Source: Sphaerodactylus townsendi (lineage: Eukaryota). From it: a DNA stretch of 64,000 nucleotides. Position 1 is the first letter of the stretch; every line of letters begins with the position of its first letter. The stretch lies in contig NC_059426.1 in assembly GCF_021028975.2 (NCBI RefSeq), positions 19,406,001-19,470,000 of the forward strand, in the 5' to 3' direction. Below the pieces are notes generated by a model. It made no database searches. It was not told the DNA's origin and saw nothing but the letters and a program-made list of their open reading frames with translations. Shown one piece after another: positions 54,629 to 64,000 of the stretch. Made by a program: the position numbers and the translations under genes.

Positions 54629-57471
54629 CTGGAATAAAAAGAGGGATCCTGTTAGCACCCACAAAAGGAAATCTGATCTTTCCTTAAAGTTCCATTTACA
54701 GACAAAACATTTCAGCTGCTTTTTTGCTGCTGTAAATTAAAGTATTCATTAATATACAATTGAAAAGGACATGAAAACCTGCTGCATCAGAATGGCTTGG
54801 TTTGCAAACTAACAATTTATACGCTTCCTCACCTGAGTGAATTCTTAAATGTGAAGAAAGGGATGATTTCTGAATGAAGGTCTTTCCACATTTCATGCAA
54901 TCGTACAGTTTCTCTCCAGAGGGAATTTGCCTCTTGGAAATAAGACTGATGTTCTTACTGAAGGTCTTTCTAAAGGCCACATTTTCATTTTGCCTAGAGA
55001 GGTTTCTCTGGTTACCATGGATGCCTTCATTCTTTTTTGTTGTGGTTGATCTCACTTCTTGGGCTGGGACTTCACAAAAGCCTCCCCCTTGGGACAGAAT
55101 GGGCTTGTCCCTTCTCTGGTCTGAATGGCTTCCCTCCTGACTCTGTGGCCTGTCTCCATCCTCAGACTTTCCTTTGGAATCTTGACTGTTGGCTTTTTCC
55201 TCAGGGAATCCCTGGAATCTTCCAACTATCTCTTCTACTTGTTCTGCTGGAAGAAAGAAAAAGGTCCAATCCGCACTAGGCAAGAAGACAACCCACCCAT
55301 CAGGGACTGCTCGTTAATGAATGAATGTTTCCTTTATCAGAACTTCTTTCCTCACAACAGTGCTGCTGGACACACCTGATCCCAGAGGGCAAAGTGGCAA
55401 GGAATCCTTTCTCCACCATTCACATTTGACTTGCCACACAGCACTTTTGAATCTCTGTTATTGATGATTGAAGAAGACTAGAAGATTTTTATATTCTATT
55501 TTTCTCAACCCTAATAAGACTCAAAGCAGCTTACAAATCATATTCCTTTCCCTCCCCACAAGAGGCAGCTTGTGAGGTAGGTGGGGCTGAGAGAGTTCTG
55601 AGAGAACTGGGACTGGTCCAAGCTCACCCAGCTCATGTGACGAAGTTGGGAATTAGACCTTTTTCTCCACTCTCAGACCACAGTCAATCATGCTAATCCC
55701 ACATGAAGAATAAGTGTTTTCTTATGGTTGTGCACTGAGAAATTAGGATGTGGCTCCTTTCAGAGTCTTCCCAAGGCCCTCAGAGTCCCCCATTGGCCTC
55801 TGATGGCCACAACACTGTCCTCAGTTGACCTGCACAAACCAGGTGGCTTGGGTCGCTCTAATTGGCCATGATAAATATCGCTTTTGCTGCCATCTCACCA
55901 ACTTGAGGCCTCCAAAAGGGAGCACGTAATAGAACAGGCCTCAACTCAATGTATTGCTGTTCAGGATTTTGATTCATGCCTCATCCCAAAGGTAGAAATG
56001 TACATCTATGAAAGCTCCTTACCCAGAGAGGCCACGCTCTCGTAGTTGTCCAGCATGACGCCCTCGTAGAGAGCTCTTTGGTCTGGATCCAGCAATGCCC
56101 ATTCTGTCTCTCTGAAATATATGGCCACCTCCCCAAAGGAAACCAGAGACTGAAAGAAAAAGCAGATTCCCTCATCAGAGGTCATGTCAGGCAGAGATGG
56201 GATGCTGAAAAGGGGTACTCTGGGAGGCTGCATTATGGAGAGCTCCTATTATGTATCAGGAGTGGCATTTACAGCCTCTTTCCCCCCAACACAAACTGCA
56301 GAAAAGCTTGCCTGAGAAAGGGAGGGGGAACCAGGCTGTCCCCAGAGAAAGGGAGGGGGAACCAAGCTCTCCTACCTGGACTGGAGATGTAGCAGATGTT
56401 TTCACACCTCCACAAGCAGAAGGGATCAATGCTCTCTCTTCACTGCCTGTGAGGGAGGGGAAAATGGAAGTATTAGTTTTCACTTCCTATTCTGTTTGCT
56501 GCATGAATCATTCTTCAAGCACCTCTGTTCCCAGGGCTGTGAAACCTGGCCCTATGTACACTCAAAAAGATCTGTAAAACTTTCTGGTAAGTTGTGGGAG
56601 GAGTTCTGCTTATTCACAAGACTGAAGAGCTTGTCTGACATCTTTCTGCTTTTTGTGCGTAGCCATCTGGAGTCCCTCTAATTAAAAAAGGAGCGATGTG
56701 AATATTGTAACCCATGTGTGGAACTGCTTCCACAAATGTGTCTAACCCCCTTTTATGGGCATCACAACTGCTGAACAATTAGTGTCACATGTTATGTGAA
56801 GAAGCATTTCACTTTTTTCCTAACCAGAACTCTCTACACATCAGATTCACTGGGTGTTCCAATCCCGTCCTGGAACAATCCTTACCGCGTGAGAGGGCAT
56901 TTTGGGCAAGTTCCTGGTCATGGGCATGCTGCCCTTCCTCCAATGGAGCTCTTTCCCTCTCAGAGAACATAGTTTTGATCTTCAGGGATGGACCCCACCT
57001 CTGAAGGAACAGCAAGGGAGACAGGTCAGTGACAGAATGGAAGGCACTGAGAAATGCATCCCGCCCCTCTCCCAGACTATGCACCTATCTATTAACAGAC
57101 CTAGTAGGGTTTTCCTTCAATCCTGGGAAATTATTTGGAGGGATGAGGAATTCCCTAGAAGCAGCAGAAAGAAAAGCCCTCACCTGTTCTGCCTGCCTCT
57201 TCTCCTCGGCTTGACTCAGGAAGAAGCCCTCTGCCAGGGCCACCGCTTGGGAACTGGTCTCCGGACCGCACCCTCTAACCCAGGGCTGCATTTCTGGGGG
57301 AAGGATGGTAAGGAACTGCTCCAAGATCACCAGGTCCAGGATCTGCTTCTTGGAGTGCCTCTTTGGCTTCAGCCAGAGGTTGCAAAGTCCATGCAGCTGG
57401 CTGCAAACTTCTCGGGGCACATCAGCGTCATGGTAGCCGAACTGCTGGAAGCGTTGGCAAAGTACTTCCAT
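52869..57471 (-). CDS. SCAN-KRAB-C2H2 zinc-finger gene (ZKSCAN-like architecture), 6 coding exons, about 924 aa if started at ATG 57471
   Basis: SCAN ([18 protein letters not shown]...[12 protein letters not shown]), KRAB-A ([29 protein letters not shown]) and C2H2 array exons splice in frame (2775 nt). The start codon is uncertain. Confidence 0.85.
53100..54010 (-). repeat. 84-bp coding minisatellite, about 11 zinc-finger units
   Basis: Near-identical units such as TTCAAAAGGTCTCTCATTTGTGTGAGTTCTTTGATG recur every 84 bp. Confidence 0.95.
54833..55246 (-). CDS. ZNF spacer exon ending in one C2H2 finger
   Basis: CAG acceptor; [23 protein letters not shown]; donor CAG|GTGAGG within the HSGE linker; 414 nt, phase 1-1. 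Confidence 0.7.
55480..55675 (-). mobile_element. Older tRNA-derived SINE
   Basis: TGTGAGGTAGGTGGGGCTGAGAGAG core shared with the other copies. Confidence 0.6.
56023..56149 (-). CDS. ZNF KRAB-A exon
   Basis: Canonical 127-nt KRAB-A exon; CAG/GTAAG. Confidence 0.92.
56376..56446 (-). CDS. ZNF linker exon (SEERALIP...SPVQ)
   Basis: CAG/GTAGGA, 71 nt; restores phase 0 for the KRAB exon. Confidence 0.75.
56886..57000 (-). CDS. ZNF linker exon (RWGPSLK...ALSR)
   Basis: CAG/GTAAG, 115 nt, phase 0-1. Confidence 0.75.
57184..57471 (-). CDS. ZNF SCAN-domain exon (gene-like sequence extends upstream to about 57570)
   Basis: SCAN motif; donor CAG|GTGAGG; first ATG of this frame lies in AACATGG context. 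Confidence 0.85.
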
Positions 57472-57561
57472 GTTCAGGGACTCTTGATTCCAGATCTCCG
57501 GCACAGCTCTCTCCCAGAATTCAACACCTCTTCCAGCTTGGATGGGACGGGGGCCTTTCCT

Positions 57562-58090
57562 TGCTGTTTCAGGGTGGGGGAGAATCCACCCCAAAATAGC
57601 ACCACTTTCAATGTTGTTTAAACTGGGGACCCCAGATTCTCCCTATAAGATGGATTTAAAAGGAGAATCTGGGCTCCCTAGTTTAAACACGACTGAAAAT
57701 AATGCTGTCTGGGGGTGGATTCCAGCATCACTTGTTTAAACTAGGGAGCCCAGATTCTCCTTTTACATCCACCTTAAAGGGAGAATCTGGGGTCCCCAGT
57801 TTAAATAACATTGAAAGTGATGCTGTTTCCCCCAATTGGGGGGACTGAATACAACAGCATAAAATGTTTTCATAGCAGTAATAATTTTGAAATTGTTTAA
57901 AAATATTTCTGCTGTGTGGCATGGCCCATTGCTGTGTTTAGATTTGTGAGTTGGCGCATGTTCTATAATGTGATGGTGACTTTGAAACAACAAAATCACT
58001 GTTTGGTCATGGTGGGAGAGGGTGGCAGCCCATGGGGGGCATCAAACTCAGGTTTGTCCCAGGGCTCCAGGTTGCCTAGGTACGCCACTG
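57562..58090. mobile_element. Non-autonomous DNA transposon fragment with internal repeats, truncated at the SCAN exon
   Basis: Terminus CAGTGGCGTACCTAGG on the minus strand at 58090; repeated TTTAAAC.GGGGACCCCAGATTCTCC units in both orientations. Confidence 0.7.
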
Positions 58091-60752
58091 GCAGGAGGCT
58101 GATTCCAGGAGGTGTGGCCTCACCAGCATGCTCTGCCTCTCTCTTCCTGTCACAGGGGAGTAACTTGTGCGATGATTGGTGGGCGTCTGTCATGTTTCCG
58201 TGGATACTGGTGGTGCTGCTGGGCTGTATGAACCCTGGCAACATGTTTCAGACCATTTTCTTCTCCTGTGCTGGACAGGTCTTGGACCCCAGTTCATACC
58301 CCACAAGCATCAGGGTTTAGGGTGGGGATGTGGGTGACTCTAATGCAGGAAGAAGTTCCCTTCCCCCATGCCCATTCCCCATGCATCAAAGCAAAAAAAG
58401 GCTTGCTGCTTTTTCCAGAATTCAAATGACCAACAATGGAACGCCAGTTTCTTACATAGATGTTACAGTATTCCACCTCTGAAGCTACCGTTTTCTCCAG
58501 GGGAACTGATCTCTGGAGTCTGGAAATCAGCTGTAATTCCAGGAGAACTGCAAGCCCCACGTGGAACTCAGCAACCCTCTTACTGGACTTTCTTGGGGTC
58601 ACCCCCAGAGTGGCAGGCTCAGCATCTAGGCTTGGCTGACTCCTCTGCCCTCAGAAGCTTTTGTGGATAAATAAAATGACTATTTTCAGGTTGGGGGTCT
58701 AAGAAAAGGTACCTTTGAAATCATTGATTATACCTGAAGATCAGAAGGTGGCATCTCCCATGTGGTATGGGTGTGTGTGTGAGAAATTGTGTCTCACCAT
58801 GTTCAGCTCAAAAACTCTAAAGTCACTCCCAACAAAATGGAACTTCCATTTAATTCAAAGAGGGTACCAAGTAAATATTTTGAATTAAAAAAACTGAGGA
58901 AGTTCACGTCTTTGTGTGATTTCACCTTGCGACATGAGCATTAATGAAAATGGCACGCAAACTTTTTGTTGTTGTTCATAAAGGGCTACAGGTATGAAGT
59001 AGGAGAATCAAGAATTGACACATACCAGTTTGGGCCTGTTTTCTTTCCTTGTTTATTGTAGCTCTCGAATATCAATGTGCAGCTTGGTAAAAAGGTGGGA
59101 GTCCTTCAGAGGTAAGCAACCAGCAGCTTCAGGCCCTCCAATCACTGAGAAGGGTCATATAACAACCAATCACAACAGTCACAATACAGATTAATAGTCA
59201 ACTAATAACATAAACACAATCCTTCTTTTCAATAACCGGTATAAGAAATCCTTATACCCATACCATTAATGTAAAGTTTTATAATAAAAATCAAATCAAA
59301 TGAACAAATATAAATAAGTCAAAAGCTGAAGTGCTTCTGAGGTAAGCAACTGGCAGCTTCATGGTCTCCACTCACTCGAAAAGAGTGTGCCTTTTTTTCC
59401 TTCTATGGAGTACCCCAACCCTTTAGCCATCCCCCACCCCCTGCAGTGGCTCAGGGTCACTGAAGGACAGAAAGGGTCTCTGCCCTCTTTGCTACAAAGG
59501 ATCCTTGCCGGGTGTGTTGGGTCGGGGAGAGTGGGGAGCCAGTCTTTTTAGGAGGAGATCCTAAAAAAAATTAATTTGGCAGAGCTGATTTGAAGACCAA
59601 GGGCCTGGAAAAGCTCATGAAGCCCTGGATTGGGGGAGGGCAGTTAGGGTCAGGTGGTGCCCACTGTCTCCACGTCCCTCCATATTTTTTCTTTTCTCTC
59701 TTCCCCTTAAATAATGCTCCACAGACTTGTATCTTCCATAGCTCCTGGAAGGTGGAAAGCATGCTCAGGCTCTACTGCTGGGGTGGTTTGGGGGTGGGGG
59801 GAGTTCCTTTTCTTCCCGTTCCCAACTCTTCTGCATACTTACGTGCCCTCCCCTCCTCCCACAACAGACAATTTAGGAGCCCTACATATTGGACCAAAAA
59901 AAAATTTACTAAAATGCTGTACCTTGGTTGAAGTTGGGTGCGAAAAGGGACTGGGTAAAAGTTGGATGAAGACGAATTTAAAGGGATCCTCGTGAAATCA
60001 TATGATTTTTACAACAGAACACCACAAAAGAAAGCCATTGCTAGACTGTAGGTCATGCCTTAGTCTACAGGCAGCACCACAAAAACCATGCTTCATGGTG
60101 CTGCAATCGTACAAAAACATAATTCCAAAGCATGGGTGTTCATGAATCCTTATGATTTCTACGTGTCAGGGGGATGCTATCTAGCTGATTGAGAGGCATT
60201 CCTAACGCAATGTAACTGCTTGGAATTATACCAATGCTGCTACAAGATATATGTAACCAGCCTGCTTTATGTTATCACTGCCATCTGGGGAATTCTTTCC
60301 TTGAGCTTTACTTTATGGCTTCACACACTTTGCAGATAACTACACTTAACCCTGACACCCTGGTCTCATACAGATACAGTGTTGTTTCCGTTGATCCGTG
60401 GGGGGAGGATTCCAGGTGGCTTTCTATCAATACCTGTTGTCGACCTTGGGGCACCTCGGCTCCGTAAACTCTTTCTTTCAAACTTCTTGGGAAAACAGGA
60501 GGGAGGACTGACAACAGGTATAAAGGGGATGGCAAAGGCCAGGTTCGCCAGAACTGGTTTTGGCAAGGTTTGGTGCTTTGAGCTTATCGATACTGGCTTA
60601 AGGTTTGAGACCTAACACTGTGTTAGGTCACACTAAATCACAGGTCATGTTCACAACCAAAGAGTGCCCTGCAAAAATCCATAGCACTTCCAAACAATGG
60701 ATCCTCATGGGTTTTACATTGAATGACCCCAAATTTGCCATCAATTCAATTA

Positions 60753-61194
60753 CTGTGCAACCTCAGTTTTCATTGCCTTTGATTTTCATTGGTTTTTTCA
60801 GTGAAAAATTTGTCTCGGTTTTCATCGATTATCAGATTTGGTTTGTGGAGAAAAATCACCTGGACAAAGCTGTTGCAGGCTGTGTCTGCAGCCTGTTTAG
60901 TGATAATGTCTTGCCCCATTTCAGACAAATCTTAAAGAGGCGTCAGAAACAGACCTCTTGGGACAGCTTTCTGGTGTGACATTGATACATTGGCTGTGAA
61001 GCTGGTCCTAGTGTTATTGTTTGTTACTGTTTTCAGCATTAAACGCTATGTTTATTCACCAAAAATGTGTGTTATGTTTTTTGGAGTGCCTAGAACGGAT
61101 TAATTGGATTTACATTGATTCCTATGGAAAAGTTTGTCTTGGCTTTCATCCATTCTTTTCAGACGGATTACCAACGAAAACTGAGATTCCACTA
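60753..61194. mobile_element. Second copy of the same Tigger-like element, inverted relative to 15693-16178
   Basis: Same TIRs and remnant peptide; TA flanks. Confidence 0.85.
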
Positions 61195-61344
61195 TATTAT
61201 ATCCATGCCTAGAAACTACACCAATAAAATCATGAATCCACTGCTCTGTGATGCCATCATGATGCTAAAATTGAATTCCAGATCATGAATCCTCAATATT
61301 TTTTCCATTGGATCACTCCTGATTTACTATCAAATTATATATCA

Positions 61345-62196
61345 TGTCATGCCCCCAGAAAAGTTCTTACTAATTTTTTTATTAAGTTTCAGTTGTCCCT
61401 TTAGTTACAACAGGTTTAGTTCCTTTTGTATACTGTTCTATGGGAGGGAACCCTGGTTAGATGTCAGGATGCCTGGTAGAAAGGGCTTTTGGGGGCTGCT
61501 TAATGCATTCTTCTTGAATGCTGTGGGTGGGGGCTGGGGTATCTTTCCTTGCTCACTGTTCCAGGTGCTGGCCAAGGCCAGCTCAGTGGGTATTGTTCCT
61601 TACTATCTGCATAGTTCTTCAGTACTGTTCTCAGATGGGGGGGGGGGGCGGGGGAATACTGGTTCATATCATCATGCATTGCACGGGAAAAGCGAGTCTT
61701 GGCTTTTCCAAGCTGTTCTCCAGATCTCTGTTCTTTTACATGGAGTTGCTTTTGTTTTTGGGTATCTGACATTAGACCCTGTCCCTTTAAGTAGCCCCTA
61801 GAGACAACAGCCTCCTTTTATGACCCAGTAGTGCTCCTGTTGTTATAGTCTAAGGTTCCAGTGCAGCGGGAAAACTGCAATATCTCTTACGTATAAGGTG
61901 TATAAAGTGTATAAAAGTGCAAGGTGTTACAGAAAGAGAGGTCCAAATACAGGACACTGAAGGAACCAAGAGAAAGCTCAGACAAAATGGACTTTCTTGG
62001 AAGAAGTCAAGAAAGGATCAAAGTCTCAAGCTTCAAGCTGTTCCAGTCAAGTAAGTACTTTGTTTTCGTCAAACCCTGGAAGGAGTTAAGGTCTTAATTC
62101 TTCTATGCAACAAAACCTCTCTCTTTTTAACTGTTACACCATTCTGTTCTGGCCGAGTACAGGGCACCTAGAATATTTTACTTGGGGAACAGAACA
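61345..62196 (+). mobile_element. Candidate solo LTR
   Basis: TG...CA termini, TATAAAAG at about 61910, degenerate polyA-like AACAAA at about 62109, flanks TATCA/CATCA. Confidence 0.5.
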
Positions 62197-63209
62197 CATC
62201 ATATCCATAGCTGCACACTAAGAGCTAACAATTGGACTGCCTGGCTCAAGGGGGCAGGTGGGAGACTCCAACCCTGAAACTGCCAACTGCAAATATTCCT
62301 TTGCATCACAGAAGATTCCTTGCACATGGAAAGCTAGCACTGCAAGGAGAAGCTGTCTCTGGTGGTATGAATCAGGTCAGAGACTGATGTCTCCGAAGTG
62401 TGCCGAGTGGCAGGCTTCAATCTTTTCTTCCATTCAGCATCTGGCACTTTTGAACCAGAAGAGATCTTTCCACTCTGGTTCATAATGTTAGAGTGACCCC
62501 CACTTCACCCACACCCAGGGGAGTAAAAAAGCAACCTACAACTCTGAGGACCTGGATTTCACCAGGGAGAAGAAAAAAGGGGATCGGAGGGGGGCTCTCC
62601 CCCATTTTCCCAAAGAGCAAAGGAGACTATTGCATTGCTCTGCATCCTAAGCTGGGAGGAAGGAAAGGCCTGCTGGGACCAGGATGCCAACAAGCAGAGG
62701 AATCAAAAGAATGAGGTGGGCTCCCTTAAATCTCCTGTCCCTCCTCAGCCTTGATTCATCAGCCGTCTCTCCAGTCTAAAGCAGCTAAAATGTCCCTTTC
62801 CTGTTCATGTCTCTTGCAGGGCTTCATTACCGGGCTCTTCTTTCTTGGGGGACCTGGCCGCTTTGTAGAAAGTGGCTCTTTCTGAATCAAAAAGGATGGG
62901 GTTAAAGTGGGGGGGAGGGAGGGAAGAAGGCTCTTCTCCCCATTCATTGCATCCCCCATTCCTTTCTCTAAGCTTTGGGCCCTGCGGGGAAGATCCTGGC
63001 CTGATCCTGGCCTTCACTGTGAGGACTGCAGCCCCAAATGGAGACACACCCCCAGCTCTTTGCTCAGGGCTTTGCCCTCCTGAATGTAGGGATGTCCTCT
63101 GCAGACTCAGCCAGTCTGAAGGCGCCTCATTTGCATATGCATTGAATGCCCCAAAGAAAAGCCAGGACGGGGCTGGGTGGGTGGGTGTGTCCCCGTGGCT
63201 AATTTCCCT

Positions 63210-63780
63210 TCCTGGCGGTGAGGCAAGGGATCTTGCTGGGTGGTGGGGGAAAGGGAGCCCCAAAGCAGTGGTGGCAAGGCACAGCTGCCCAGAGGCAGGG
63301 GGGTGAAGTGAGCCCAAGAGGGCTTGCTGGGGGGTGTGGGGATCAGGGGGCTTGCTGGGCGGTGGGGGTGAAGGCAAGGGGGCTTCTGGAGCCCTGAAGA
63401 AGTGGTGGCAAGGCACCACTGCTCCGAGGCGGGGGGGGGGTTAGCCTGAGAGAGCTTGCTGGTGGGTGGGGGGAGGCAAGGGGACTTCTGGAGCCCCGGA
63501 GCAGCGGCAGGTGAGGCCGAGATGGCTTGTTGGGGGGGGGGGAGGCAAGGGGTCTTTCTGGGCTGTAGGAGGTGAGGCAAGGGGGCTTCTGGAGCCTTGG
63601 AACAGCGGTGTGTGTGGGGGGGGGGAGGGGGGTGAGCCCGAGAGGGCTTGCTGGGGAGTGAGGGGAACGCAAGGTACCTTGCAGTGAGTGTTGATGAGGC
63701 ACGTGGGGTTGCTGGACGGGTGGGACGAGGCAAAGGGGCTTGTGCAGACCCCGGAGCAGTGCTGGCAAGGCGCCGCCCAT
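63210..63780. repeat. G-rich minisatellite (GAGGCAAGGGGGCTTCTGG-like units)
   Basis: Recurring degenerate units with G runs. Confidence 0.8.
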
Positions 63781-63954
63781 GTTCATTCACCTATTTAAAC
63801 ACTTATATCCCGCCTTTCCTCGCGGTTCAAGGCAGCTTAAAATAAAGTCCCAAATGTAGAAGGTTTGCCTTGAAGATGCTACGAGGCTCGAGTTAATGTA
63901 GATTGGTTCGCGAAATAGAAAGGAGGGACAATTTAAACACACAACAGGCCCTAC

Positions 63955-63956
<2 letters not shown>

Positions 63957-63998
<42 letters not shown>

Positions 63999-64000
63999 AA
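63957..64000. repeat. (GAAA)n microsatellite
   Basis: Read directly; runs off the window end. Confidence 0.97.

Noticed and set aside
52869-57471. Assigning PRDM9 or a human ZNF symbol
   Set aside because: No PR/SET or SSXRD domain is seen, and orthology within this expanded family cannot be set by eye.
56902-57621. 239-aa plus-strand ORF
   Set aside because: Antisense shadow of the SCAN and linker exons.
62805-63845. Long Pro/Gly-rich ORFs (204 and 227 aa)
   Set aside because: They arise from the G-rich minisatellite and contain no domain.
63868-63925. TTGAAGA...GCGAAA hammerhead-like motif
   Set aside because: No convincing stem III or UH cleavage site.

Overview
Vertebrate genomic DNA. 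The repeat landscape (L2, CR1, L1, tRNA- and 5S-derived SINEs, hAT/Tc1 MITEs, Penelope-like ends) and the SCAN-KRAB-ZF style suggest a squamate reptile, probably a gecko (inference). Three protein-coding genes were reconstructed exon by exon with GT-AG sites and consistent phases. (1) CARF, minus strand, 14 coding exons, 27773->2818, about 720 aa. (2) WDR12, plus strand, 13 exons, 31983->47686, 425 aa, head-to-head with CARF across two CpG islands. (3) An unnamed SCAN-KRAB-C2H2 zinc-finger gene, minus strand, about 57471->52869, about 924 aa, convergent with WDR12. It has a homogenised 84-bp finger array and a repeat-truncated 5' end. The most unusual feature is in WDR12 intron 3 (36112-37368): three hammerhead-ribozyme motifs, including a plus/minus pair in a diverged fold-back, and a perfect 60-bp inverted-repeat cassette. 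Most six-frame ORFs are spurious. Human comparisons are from memory, not from an alignment.
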